Shown here: in pieces, positions 16,857 to 25,689 of the stretch | Layout of the letters: every line of letters begins with the position of its first letter | Numbering within the stretch: position 1 is the stretch's first letter | Origin: an uncultured Candidatus Saccharibacteria bacterium | Lineage (GTDB): Bacteria > Patescibacteriota > Minisyncoccia > Phycocordibacterales > UBA9973 | Assembly: GCA_964474375.1 (NCBI GenBank) | Contig: CAYYSG010000003.1 | Coordinates: forward strand, 1-53,288 | DNA length: 53,288 nucleotides | Direction of reading: 5' to 3' | The notes under the pieces: model-generated | The model's database searches: none | What the model was told of the DNA's origin: nothing | What the model saw: only the letters and a program-made list of their open reading frames with translations | Made by a program: the position numbers and the translations under genes

Positions 16857-17549
16857 CTAGCGGGGCGAACGGACCGGAATACCCTGGTACGTCAACGCTT
16901 CCGCGTAATGGACGGCCCGGATGTGTGGGGACAGCGCCAGGGACGCGATCGACCGGGCGACCCGAAGAACAGCATCCATGTGTCCCGTCGTCGCCCCGAT
17001 CTGGGCCTGGATGAACCGGGCCTTCAGCTTCCGGCATGGGTCGTCCAGGTCCAGGCGGTCCGCATGGTCGATCATGTGTTCGACCCCCAGCGCAACACGG
17101 CGGAAGACGGCCTGGTCGGTCCAGTATGTTTCCGGACTGGTCCGCTTCGCTCCGTCCCCGAACGGGACTTCCAGGACCAGGTCCGCCCGCATGGCGGACA
17201 GGTATCCGTCCGAACGCGGATAGTCATGCGTAAGCTGTTCCGAACAGACGCATGGGTCGTTCGGCTTCCCGCTGTTTCCACAGAAGCAACTGAACACGGT
17301 CGCAACCGGAAGACCGTACGCCCGTCCCCAGGTCGCAAAGCGCATGGTCGTTTGCGGGTTCCCATGGGACAGAAGCGTCACACGATGGGAGCATACCAGG
17401 GCGACTTCCAGGGCCCGCTTGACGTGTTCGTGTCCCTGGATGCTTTCCAGCTTTGGGACCGAACATTTCCGGAAGACCGACATGGGGAACCAGGTCGACG
17501 CTTCGTCGACCCAGCGGGCGTCCGATGGAAGTAAGTTCAACGTCTGCAT
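16857..17549 (-). CDS. Truncated ComM/YifB (Mg-chelatase-related AAA+) homolog lacking intact Walker motifs
   Basis: SIQGHEHVKRALEVA, CFCG...PCVC, RADLVLEVP and VLRVARSIASL...HYAEALTY match successive YifB/ComM blocks. Confidence 0.75.
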   Translation of the reverse strand: MQTLNLLPSDARWVDEASTWFPMSVFRKCSVPKLESIQGHEHVKRALEVALVCSHRVTLLSHGNPQTTMRFATWGRAYGLPVATVFSCFCGNSGKPNDPCVCSEQLTHDYPRSDGYLSAMRADLVLEVPFGDGAKRTSPETYWTDQAVFRRVALGVEHMIDHADRLDLDDPCRKLKARFIQAQIGATTGHMDAVLRVARSIASLALSPHIRAVHYAEALTYQGIPVRSPR

Positions 17550-17601
17550 GGGTTCTTCCTTCCAGGATGAGCGGGCCGGAACATCCGGCCCCGTGACAGG
17601 G

Positions 17602-17630
17602 ACTATATCAGTATATCCGGATATTGTCAA
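17602..17630 (-). promoter_or_regulatory. Sigma70-type early promoter with a perfect palindromic operator
   Basis: TTGACA-17-TATAGT; ATATCCGGATAT at 17613-17624. Confidence 0.8.
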
Positions 17631-17914
17631 GGGCATGACCAGGGATACTTCCGGCATGCGTCCTTCCGGACCGCGTCTTCCTGGACGGCGGCCTGTTCCA
17701 GAAGGTCGTCGCGTCCCGCGCATGACCAGACCGTATACGACCCGACAGGAAGGGTTCCCGCGAAGACCGTCGCGGTCAGATGGAACGGGGCCGCGTATTC
17801 CGGACAGGGGGCGTCCTGGGCCGTCTGGGGCCGTTCTGGGGCCTGGGCGTTCGTCGGGGTCGACCAGACGATCCCGCCCAGGATGACCAGGACGACCAGA
17901 AGCGTTCGGTTCAT
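17627..17914 (-). CDS. Small secreted Cys-containing protein
   Basis: Signal peptide MNRTLLVVLVILGGIVWSTPTNA; four Cys residues. Confidence 0.75.
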   Translation of the reverse strand: MNRTLLVVLVILGGIVWSTPTNAQAPERPQTAQDAPCPEYAAPFHLTATVFAGTLPVGSYTVWSCAGRDDLLEQAAVQEDAVRKDACRKYPWSCP

Positions 17915-18834
17915 TGACTGACCTTCCGTTCTACGCCGTTCGTCGACCGGCGAAGGTCGACCGCGTTCTGTATCGCGTTCTCATCCGCTTCCGCCTGGGA
18001 CGTACAGGATGTCCCGACGACTTCGCCTAGCGGGATGCGGCCCGTCGCATCGTACACGATCATGCGTTTCTCATAACACTGGGCCGCGACGGCGGGCGCG
18101 GGCGCAGGCACGTACACGGGGTCCGGGGGCGGCGGAACGGCGGTCGGGCGGACGGTCATGTCGACCAGGCCCAGGGGGTCTAGTTCGAACCCAGACAGGG
18201 CCGCCCGCTGGACCCAGACCTGGGGTCCGTCCGGGGTTCCGACATGGACCAGGACCCATGCTCCGCCGTCCGCCGTTCCAGCGGGGAAGACCGCCGTCCC
18301 GTCGTCAAGCGGGGTCGCCTGGTCCGCGAAGCGATAGTCCCAGCGGGCGACCTGGGAACCGTTCAGGCGGGCCTGGGGGGACGGGGTCGGTTCCAACGTC
18401 GGGGGAACGCTGGTCGGACGTTCCTGGGCCGTTCCAGGGGCTTCCAGGCCTGTCTGGGGAACAGCGGTCGGAACGTTCTGGTCAACGTTCGCGGACCCGA
18501 AGAAGAACCGGGCTAGCCCCATCCCCATCAGGACGACCAGGACGACGGCGGCGACGTTCGCCCAGGCGTTCCGGGGACGTTCCGGGGCCGCCTGGTCCGG
18601 GTCCGCTGGAAGCAGGTCCCGGATGGACTGGGGCTCCCGATATGCGGGTTCCGCCGTTCCGGGCGTCCTGGGCCCGCCTGTCGCGGGCCGGGGGGCTTCC
18701 TGGACCGGGTCGTCCTTCGCCGGGGGGGCCGGGTCGTCGTCGACCCAGACCCGTTCGACGAACAGGCGATCGTCTTCTTCCAGGATGCGTCCGTCCGGCC
18801 CCCGGTCCGCTTCCGTAATAACCATACGCGGCAT
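17911..18834 (-). CDS. Single-pass membrane protein with Pro/Thr-rich linkers and an SH3-like extracytoplasmic domain
   Basis: TM segment VAAVVLVVLMGMGLARFFF; PTSVPPTLEPTPSP linker; GAWVLVHVG...QVWV. Start set at 18834. Confidence 0.75.
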   Translation of the reverse strand: MPRMVITEADRGPDGRILEEDDRLFVERVWVDDDPAPPAKDDPVQEAPRPATGGPRTPGTAEPAYREPQSIRDLLPADPDQAAPERPRNAWANVAAVVLVVLMGMGLARFFFGSANVDQNVPTAVPQTGLEAPGTAQERPTSVPPTLEPTPSPQARLNGSQVARWDYRFADQATPLDDGTAVFPAGTADGGAWVLVHVGTPDGPQVWVQRAALSGFELDPLGLVDMTVRPTAVPPPPDPVYVPAPAPAVAAQCYEKRMIVYDATGRIPLGEVVGTSCTSQAEADENAIQNAVDLRRSTNGVERKVSQ

Positions 18835-18848
18835 GGGTTCTGTCCTTC

Positions 18849-20012
18849 CTAGAATGTAAAGCGATAGCGGCCCCGCATGGCCCCCGGTTCGACCAGGCCC
18901 GCGTCCTTCCACATGTCAAGATAGGATCGGACCGTGCTTTCCGCTCCGTTCATCCGCTCCGCAAGGTCCCGAACGGTCCAGTCCGAACGTCCGACCAGCG
19001 CCTGGGCCTTCCGGGCGGTTACGGACGGCCCGTCGTCGTCGAATGCGTCCTGGGATCGATCCTGGGACACATCCGGAACGTTCGGAACGTTCGACGCGGG
19101 GTCCAGTTCCAGCGTTTCGCCGGTCGACGCTTCGACCAGTTCCCAGGGGTTCCGGTTCATGGCGTCCAGACCCCGTTCTAACGTTCGTGGGGTCAAGGCC
19201 ATGCCCGTGTCCCGAACGGCCTTCGCCACAACGTCCAGGCGGGCCGTCCGATAGGGGTCATTGTCCGGGATGGCGACGTCCATCTGAACCAGTTCGCCTA
19301 ACAGCTTGACGACCTTCTGGGTCCGCTGGTCATGGGCCGTATGCATGGCCCGGACGACGTCCGCGACGTAGCTCCGCTGTTCGACCGTCGCCTGGTCCAG
19401 GCCCGCCGCCATAATGGCGTACGCCCGGACGACCGCCGCTTCCGCCAGTAGCAGATCGGCCTGATGGTCCCGCCGCATCCGTTCGACTTCCTGGGACATG
19501 GTCACTTCCGCGAACCAGTGTCCCGGACTGGACGCGGACCAGACTAAGGCCGGGATGATCGCCGTAACGCTGAACGTCAGGATCGTATACATCCAGACGC
19601 GGCCCGACAGGGCGACGGACGCCTGGGCCGCATAGAACGCCCGCAGCATGTCGATTGACGTCCAGCATAGGAACCCGGTTACGCCCAGAAGCAGGACGAA
19701 GCCCAGGGTCTTCCACTGGAATTCCAGAAGGTACATGCCCGCCTTCGTCGACGGAAGGACCTGGGCGAGTAACGCCGGGACGACCAGGGACTGGGACATG
19801 GACAGTAGCAGGGTCAACATGACCAGAAGCCCCATGCGGAACATCCCGAAGGCGTTCGTCGGGAACGGACTGTCCCAGGGGATGAGCAGGGCACAATGTA
19901 CATATAACCAGAAGACCCCGGCCCCCAGGACCCCCAGGTCGGAAAGCTGGTTCTTGACCGTCCGGCCCCCGGCCCGCCTGGGGGTCGACAGAACATTCTG
20001 GAACGTGTTCAT
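18849..20012 (-). CDS. Multi-pass membrane protein with a helical linker and C-terminal winged HTH
   Basis: About four hydrophobic segments, then WTVRDLAERMNGAESTVRSYLDMWKDAGLV...GRYRF. Confidence 0.75.
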   Translation of the reverse strand: MNTFQNVLSTPRRAGGRTVKNQLSDLGVLGAGVFWLYVHCALLIPWDSPFPTNAFGMFRMGLLVMLTLLLSMSQSLVVPALLAQVLPSTKAGMYLLEFQWKTLGFVLLLGVTGFLCWTSIDMLRAFYAAQASVALSGRVWMYTILTFSVTAIIPALVWSASSPGHWFAEVTMSQEVERMRRDHQADLLLAEAAVVRAYAIMAAGLDQATVEQRSYVADVVRAMHTAHDQRTQKVVKLLGELVQMDVAIPDNDPYRTARLDVVAKAVRDTGMALTPRTLERGLDAMNRNPWELVEASTGETLELDPASNVPNVPDVSQDRSQDAFDDDGPSVTARKAQALVGRSDWTVRDLAERMNGAESTVRSYLDMWKDAGLVEPGAMRGRYRFTF

Positions 20013-20050
20013 GGGTTCTTCCTTCCTGTTCCCTTGACCGGACAGGCCGG

Positions 20051-20686
20051 TCAGGGTGTGTGTACGGTCACAGTATACGACGACGGCGGCTCGTCGTCGT
20101 CCGGACGGTCCCGGAAGTCGACGGCGAAGGCGTAACAGAATTCGACCGCGTCGATCCATTTCCGCTCGGCTCCGTGTATTCGTTGATCAAGGGGAAGGTT
20201 CCCGTCCGTAATCATATGGATGAGCCCGATCCCCATCGCTTCGACCAGGTCGTCTTCGACCTTGACCTGGACCCGGATCATGGACCGCTCCGCTTCCGAC
20301 GTAGGCTTCGGAATATTGACCAGAACTTCGTACGTCGCTTCCGCATTATGGCGCGTCATGGGGAAGTCGGGCCCCATCTTGATCAGGTTCAGACACCGGG
20401 TCGGGCGTCCAGGCCGATGGGGGACCAGCGTCCACAGAATAGCGATCGACCGTGCTAACGCCTTCGCTTTGTCGTCCGGTATCTTGTCCTGCTTCTGGAT
20501 GACCCGATCAATGTTTTCGCAGATAGCGGTGTATTCCAGTCCGACGATCGCCGCGACCGGCTGCCCGGTATGGTCCAGCGTGAACCCGCTGGCCCGCCCC
20601 TGGTCGTCCCGTTCGATAACGGTCACAAGATGGACGCGGCCCCGGATGGGCCGCTGGAACGGGTTCTGTTGTTTCCCCCACTTCAT
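20051..20686 (-). CDS. Hypothetical soluble protein in the membrane operon
   Basis: Start at 20686, 1 nt from the upstream stop, with an SD-like GGAAGGGA. Confidence 0.7.
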   Translation of the reverse strand: MKWGKQQNPFQRPIRGRVHLVTVIERDDQGRASGFTLDHTGQPVAAIVGLEYTAICENIDRVIQKQDKIPDDKAKALARSIAILWTLVPHRPGRPTRCLNLIKMGPDFPMTRHNAEATYEVLVNIPKPTSEAERSMIRVQVKVEDDLVEAMGIGLIHMITDGNLPLDQRIHGAERKWIDAVEFCYAFAVDFRDRPDDDEPPSSYTVTVHTP

Positions 20687-20687
20687 G

Positions 20688-21383
20688 TTAGTTCCCTTCC
20701 TGGTCAATCGTATCAGTGAGCGATCGGAGCGCACGGGATGCCGTGTCGACGCTGGTTCCACACGCACGGGCTAGAACGGTCGGACTATCCGTCCCCAGTT
20801 CCTTCGCACGGGCGACCAGGAAGTCCTGGGTCGTCGTCGGAAGGGCTATGATGGGGGCGTTCTGGATCGTCACGTTGACGCCGCCGTTCGTATGCTCCGT
20901 CCGATCGGGCGCGGGGCGGAGCGGAACCAGGTCCAGTCCATCGGACGACAATCGGACGGGGATGCGGGCGTTCGCCGTGAATATCAGATGGAAGACGTAC
21001 GCGATCATGGTCACGGCGGGGGCCGCCGTAAGCCATCCCCCGGTCTGTCCGTCCGCAACCTGTAAGGCCATAAGGGCCGATACCAGGCCCGCGACGATCG
21101 CCGCGACCAGGCCCGCCCCCAGGTCACGGAGCGCCCCGCCCCGCTTCCAGGTCTGGATGGCGTCGACGACGACCGATACCAGGACCAGGTCGAACGCGAC
21201 GAAGCCTAACAGGGCAAACGCAACGCGGACGATCGCCGCAACGTCCCAGACGACCCCGTCCCGAACGGGAACCGGGATGGAAGCGTTCAGCGTCCATCCC
21301 AGGGAATGGAGAAGTATCTTATACGCGGCGGCGGCCCCGACCGTGAACAGGGTCAGCTTCTGATACCAGGTCAAATTATTCAT
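20688..21383 (-). CDS. Multi-pass membrane protein with C-terminal HTH
   Basis: Four to five hydrophobic segments, then SPTVLARACGTSVDTASRAL. Confidence 0.75.
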   Translation of the reverse strand: MNNLTWYQKLTLFTVGAAAAYKILLHSLGWTLNASIPVPVRDGVVWDVAAIVRVAFALLGFVAFDLVLVSVVVDAIQTWKRGGALRDLGAGLVAAIVAGLVSALMALQVADGQTGGWLTAAPAVTMIAYVFHLIFTANARIPVRLSSDGLDLVPLRPAPDRTEHTNGGVNVTIQNAPIIALPTTTQDFLVARAKELGTDSPTVLARACGTSVDTASRALRSLTDTIDQEGN

Positions 21384-21404
21384 GGGTTCTTCCCTTCAGG
21401 CGCG

Positions 21405-21428
21405 GACCGGCCCCGCCTGGGGCCGGTC
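21405..21428. repeat. Intergenic palindrome, copy 1
   Basis: GACCGGCCCC-GCCT-GGGGCCGGTC. Confidence 0.85.
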
Positions 21429-21447
21429 AACACATGCGGTCGTCCGA

Positions 21448-22434
21448 CTAGCGTTCGATCTGGTCCCGTATCCATCCCTGGACCAGTTCGGACGGTTCCG
21501 GGTCAAGGTCCAGACAGAACGAACGATGGGGGTCCAGGACATGGGTCCATCCGTACCCGTCGAAGAATTCCTGATGGACCCCAGCGACCATGACGGAGCG
21601 GGAGCGAACCAGGGCGGGCGTCATGCCCAGTCCCTGAAGTTCGTCGAAGCTGGACACACGGATGACTTCCGCGTACGGAAGGTTCCAGTCGTTCAGCAGG
21701 TATTCATGCGACTTCGTATCCCATCCGCATCCGACCAGCTTCCCGCCCGGTCCCAGCTTGTCCTGGGCGGACCAGACCGACGTCGTTTCGCCCTGGTCGT
21801 CCCCATACGATGGGACAATGGACCAGGTCCAGCGATACAGGGTCAACGTAAACCCGTCCGGCCATGCGAACGGTTCCCCGGCTTCCAGGCGGGCCCGGTC
21901 CAGAAGGTCCTGGGCCCCCAGGCGGTCCGCTTCGCGGGCCAGCCATGCCTGTTCGCGCTTCTGGTCCCGCTTCGCGTTCTGGGCTTCCCGGAGCATACGG
22001 GAATACGCCATGTCCGTCAGGACCTTGACCAGACCGTCCAGAAGGCCGCCGATCGGAAGGGTCGGGCTGGAATGGTTTTCGTCCCCATCACGGCCCGCCC
22101 GAACGACCCAGACCAGCCCGTCCAGACTGTACGGGTCTTCCGGGCCCTTCGCGTTCTTATACACGATGCGCTGAAGGGTGAATGTCCCCTGGTACGGCCC
22201 CAGCTTCCAGGATACGAACAGGGTCATGTCTTCGTCAACGTCCGGATAGTCCAGGTTCAACTGGGCCGCATGGGCCGCGCCCAGTTCCTGTTCCAGGACC
22301 CCCCGGAACCAGGCGTCCCGCTGGTCCTTCGCGACCTGGGCGGCGGCCTGGGCGGCCTGGTATGCCGACTGTTTGTCCAGGAACTTCGTTCGGCCTTCGT
22401 TCTGGGCGACTTCCAGGATGTCGATTGTCTTCAT
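21448..22434 (-). CDS. Hypothetical protein
   Basis: 328-aa ORF with the initiation signature; no family recognised. Confidence 0.75.
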   Translation of the reverse strand: MKTIDILEVAQNEGRTKFLDKQSAYQAAQAAAQVAKDQRDAWFRGVLEQELGAAHAAQLNLDYPDVDEDMTLFVSWKLGPYQGTFTLQRIVYKNAKGPEDPYSLDGLVWVVRAGRDGDENHSSPTLPIGGLLDGLVKVLTDMAYSRMLREAQNAKRDQKREQAWLAREADRLGAQDLLDRARLEAGEPFAWPDGFTLTLYRWTWSIVPSYGDDQGETTSVWSAQDKLGPGGKLVGCGWDTKSHEYLLNDWNLPYAEVIRVSSFDELQGLGMTPALVRSRSVMVAGVHQEFFDGYGWTHVLDPHRSFCLDLDPEPSELVQGWIRDQIER

Positions 22435-22534
22435 GGGGTCTTCGTGCCTTCCTGGGCGTTCTGACGCCCTATTTTCAATTGATCATTAGAAACGTAATGT
22501 TATTTTAGACCATTATTCCGCATTGGAATGCGGT

Positions 22535-22861
22535 CTACAAAAACAGGTCCCATCCTTCTTCCTTCGGGTCCGGGATGTCCCGTTCCACATCCAGAACGTC
22601 CGCCGCGACATGGACGAAGCCGGTATTCCGGGCCCGCTGGACGAAGATTTGTGTGTTCCATCCGTCTTCGACCAGGTGGATGGCTCCGTCAACGTCTTTA
22701 ACGGTGACGTACTCCATTCCTTCGTCGTCTGGATCGGCCCCGGCCTTGACCTTCAGGATGTCCCCTGGACGAAGGATGTCCTTCAGGTCGCGGATATACC
22801 GCCGTTCCGCCGCGTCCAGGTCTTCGACCGCCCGCGTTATGGCCGCATGTATCTTCGACAT
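22535..22861 (-). CDS. Hypothetical protein (possible SH3/KOW-like fold)
   Basis: LRPGDILKV...VTVKDV; initiation signature present. Confidence 0.7.
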   Translation of the reverse strand: MSKIHAAITRAVEDLDAAERRYIRDLKDILRPGDILKVKAGADPDDEGMEYVTVKDVDGAIHLVEDGWNTQIFVQRARNTGFVHVAADVLDVERDIPDPKEEGWDLFL

Positions 22862-22927
22862 GGTTCTGTCCTTCCTGGGGCCCCTGGACGCTTCCCAGGG
22901 GCCCTTCTGCTATGCCGCTGGTCCGCG

Positions 22928-23353
22928 TTAGACCAGTTCGTTCATGGCGCTGGCCGCTTCTTCGACCGTCGTTTCGCCCGTAACGTCTTTCCCGCAACGC
23001 GAACATGTCGCCTTGACCGTGATAGTCGCTCCGTAATAATGCGTCTGGGCGCGGGCCGGAAGGGCCTTCCCGTTCTTCCCGACCGTTTCGTATCGGTCCA
23101 TCGGCTCCGCGTCAACGGACTGAAGTTCCAGTTCCGGGTCTTCGTCTTCGTCTTCGTCTTCTTCGTCGCATACATGGTCCAGTTCGACGTCGTATTCCAG
23201 TTCGGCGTCCTTCAGTTCTTCCCCGCATTCAGCGCACGGGATGACGACCCGGACCGTTCCGGTTACGCTCCGATCGTTCAGTTCTTCGTCCCCGCCCAGT
23301 TCGACGTCCGGGTCGCCGTTCGACACAAATTTGTTACACGATGGACAGCGCAT
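22928..23353 (-). CDS. Highly acidic zinc-ribbon protein
   Basis: CPSC, CAEC and CSRC motifs; DEEDEDEDED tract. Confidence 0.8.
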   Translation of the reverse strand: MRCPSCNKFVSNGDPDVELGGDEELNDRSVTGTVRVVIPCAECGEELKDAELEYDVELDHVCDEEDEDEDEDPELELQSVDAEPMDRYETVGKNGKALPARAQTHYYGATITVKATCSRCGKDVTGETTVEEAASAMNELV

Positions 23354-23373
23354 GGGGTTCTTCCTTCCTGTTC

Positions 23374-23973
23374 TTATTTTGTTCCCAGGGCCGCCCGGAC
23401 CTGGTCCAGGGCCGCCCGTGCTTCCGCTGCTTCCGCCTTCGCCCGCTCCGCTTCTGCTTCCGCCGCTTCCGCAAGGTTCAGGGCGACGTCCCGTTCCCCT
23501 TCCAGCGTCCGGACCCGCCGTTCCAGGTCCGCCTGGTCTTGTCCGCCGAACGCCTGAACCAGCGTCCGGAACGTGTCGTCATGCTGCTTAACCAGCGCCC
23601 CCAGGCGTTCGACTATCGCCATCAGACGGGCGACGTTTCCCAGAAGGGCGTCAAGGTCGATCTGGACCCGCTCCGTGTCCGACGTCGGGGGCGGGGCCTT
23701 CTGTTCGTCCTGGGCCCGCTGGTCGCGTCCTGGGGCCTGTTTCTGGACCTTCGACCGGCCCTGGGCCGTCAGGCGATACCCGATCGGGGTCATGGATCGA
23801 ACCTGTTCGACATCCTTCCGCTTCAGCAGGTCCCGGACCAGGGACGGGACCGTCTTCCCCCGTCCGCCCTGGGCTTCCACATGGGCGACAATGGCGGACA
23901 GCGGGCGGGGACGGGCTTCCTGGAACAGGAACGTCCGGATCATGTCCGTCGCCCCCGTCGAACGTACGTTCAT
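23374..23973 (-). CDS. Winged-helix plus coiled-coil protein
   Basis: PLSAIVAHV...TVPSLVRDLLKRKDVEQV...GYRLTAQG, then a heptad-rich tail. Start set at the ATGA overlap at 23973. Confidence 0.65.
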   Translation of the reverse strand: MNVRSTGATDMIRTFLFQEARPRPLSAIVAHVEAQGGRGKTVPSLVRDLLKRKDVEQVRSMTPIGYRLTAQGRSKVQKQAPGRDQRAQDEQKAPPPTSDTERVQIDLDALLGNVARLMAIVERLGALVKQHDDTFRTLVQAFGGQDQADLERRVRTLEGERDVALNLAEAAEAEAERAKAEAAEARAALDQVRAALGTK

Positions 23974-24641
23974 CGCTGCATGTCCCTTCGCAAGCCGTCC
24001 AGGCATGTCTGATGGACCAGGCCCTTCCCCCAGGGGTTCCGGGTCGTCGGGCCGAACTGGTCCAGTGGGGACAGACAGATCGGACACTTCTTCGGACGAC
24101 GAAGTAACTGTTCGACCGCCCGGACCGCCTTCTGGAGAAGCTGTTTGTCTGCCTGAACCTGTTTGACGATCGTCGACTGGGGACTGGTCGGGTTCAGTTC
24201 GGCCCGCCCCCTGGACTGTTCCAGCATGGACGCCTTCTGTTCGTCCTGGGCCCGCTGAAGACGTTCCAGGCCCTGTTCCTGGGCCGCCCGAAGGGCCGCC
24301 GTCCGATCCCGGTCCAGCGTTCCGGTCCAGGCCGCGAAGGCCAGTTCGTATCGCTCCGCCGTCTTCAGGCCCGTCCGATGCGGCGGGCGGAAAATGACGT
24401 TCAGTCGTCGGTCGGTGATAATGGTCTTCGGGGTCAAGCGGATATACCCTTCGACGTCCAGGCGGGCGCTATTCGTGACCGTCTTCCATCCGTCGACCGG
24501 GTTCGATACCTGGACCGTATCCGTCCCGACATGCAGAAACGATACAAAGCCGATTGACCCGGCCTGGACCGTCCCGCCGTGTAAGTTCTGTTCCGGATAC
24601 TTCAGCCGAACGATCGTTCCGGTCCGTCCCTGGAACTTCAT
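23970..24641 (-). CDS. Hypothetical protein: SH3-like N-terminus, coiled coil, C-terminal Zn finger
   Basis: CPIC...HQTC; start at 24641 with SD. Confidence 0.7.
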   Translation of the reverse strand: MKFQGRTGTIVRLKYPEQNLHGGTVQAGSIGFVSFLHVGTDTVQVSNPVDGWKTVTNSARLDVEGYIRLTPKTIITDRRLNVIFRPPHRTGLKTAERYELAFAAWTGTLDRDRTAALRAAQEQGLERLQRAQDEQKASMLEQSRGRAELNPTSPQSTIVKQVQADKQLLQKAVRAVEQLLRRPKKCPICLSPLDQFGPTTRNPWGKGLVHQTCLDGLRRDMQR

Positions 24642-25018
24642 GGGGTCTGTCCTTCCTGTTGTGCAAGGGTCCATGTATGCCACTCGCGGAACGCTTCCGC
24701 GTCCCGATAGTCCGATATGCGGTGTCCGTGATGGGTCAGTGAACACGGGACCGGCTTCCCGTTCGGGTCTTCGACGAACGTCCAGGACCGCGTAATAACC
24801 AGGCGTCCGACCAGGTCCAGGTCCGCGATCGGGACCGTGACCCGGAACCCGTCGTCAACGTCGTTCGCAACGGTCGCGGCCTGGGAATACAGGTCGACGT
24901 CCAGGACCCGCCCGTACGTTCCGGCCTGGATGTCCAGATACGGGTCCGGATGGAAGTCATGTCGGGCGACCCCCTTCTGGTTCGACCGAAGACGAACCAG
25001 GCATCCGCGATAGATCAT
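24638..25018 (-). CDS. Hypothetical protein with an SH3-like N-terminus
   Basis: LVRL...QAGTYGRV resembles the neighbouring gene's IVRL...QAGSIGFV. Confidence 0.7.
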   Translation of the reverse strand: MIYRGCLVRLRSNQKGVARHDFHPDPYLDIQAGTYGRVLDVDLYSQAATVANDVDDGFRVTVPIADLDLVGRLVITRSWTFVEDPNGKPVPCSLTHHGHRISDYRDAEAFREWHTWTLAQQEGQTP

Positions 25019-25203
25019 GGCGTTCCGTCCTTCTTCCGGGCGTCGACCAGGGCGACGTCCCCGCGTTCGATCGCTTCCAGCATGCGGGGAAGCGACCCTT
25101 CCCCGCCCCGCCTGTACCCCAGCTTCAGCGCCATCCGTTCCAGGACCTTCCGGGTCTTCGGACTGATATAAACGCTACTGGTCCGCTCCGCCTGACGTGC
25201 CAT
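25015..25203 (-). CDS. Small DNA-binding protein (ribbon-helix-helix-like)
   Basis: TSSVYISPKTRKVLERMA strand-helix pattern; ATGA-coupled. Confidence 0.55.
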   Translation of the reverse strand: MARQAERTSSVYISPKTRKVLERMALKLGYRRGGEGSLPRMLEAIERGDVALVDARKKDGTP

Positions 25204-25215
25204 GTCTGTTCCTTC

Positions 25216-25335
25216 CTAGTAATCAACTGGTCCGCCGTACGGCGGTTCCGGACCGGGGTCCGGGGCTGGTTCTTCCAGGGGTTCTTCGAACGGGCCGTCG
25301 ACGTCCGGGTCGGGGACCGGGGTCGGGTCAACCAT
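25216..25335 (-). CDS. Possible 39-aa acidic Pro-rich micro-protein
   Basis: MVDPTPVPDPDVDGPFEEPLEEPAPDPGPEPPYGGPVDY* fills the gap between two genes. Confidence 0.4.
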   Translation of the reverse strand: MVDPTPVPDPDVDGPFEEPLEEPAPDPGPEPPYGGPVDY

Positions 25336-25340
25336 CCAGA

Positions 25341-25682
25341 TCATTCCGCGCCCCCTTCCATCTGATGGGCGATCGACCAGCGGCGGGCCGCGTCCAGCGC
25401 CTGGGCGACCGGGAGCGAACAGCGGGGGTTGAACAGGTCCGTCAGTCGCCCGGTCGTCCGGTCCAGCTTCGCCCGGATGCCGCCCATGTCATGTCGGAAG
25501 TCGAAGTCCGGGAAGTCCAGAAGGCGCGGGAGGTCCAGCGGGCAATGGGACATGGCCGCGCATAGGTCCATCTCTGCATGTATCCGCGTCTGGTACAGGC
25601 CCAGGTCGACCGCCCGCCGCGATATACGGATGACGGTCATGTATTCGTCGGTCGACAGGACGGGAAGGTCAAAATTGAACAT
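25341..25682 (-). CDS. Conserved phage protein (DUF6874-like)
   Basis: LDLPRLLDFPDFDFRHDMGGIRAKLDRTTGRL..FNPRC motif, recalled from memory. Confidence 0.6.
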   Translation of the reverse strand: MFNFDLPVLSTDEYMTVIRISRRAVDLGLYQTRIHAEMDLCAAMSHCPLDLPRLLDFPDFDFRHDMGGIRAKLDRTTGRLTDLFNPRCSLPVAQALDAARRWSIAHQMEGGAE

Positions 25683-25689
25683 GGGTCAA

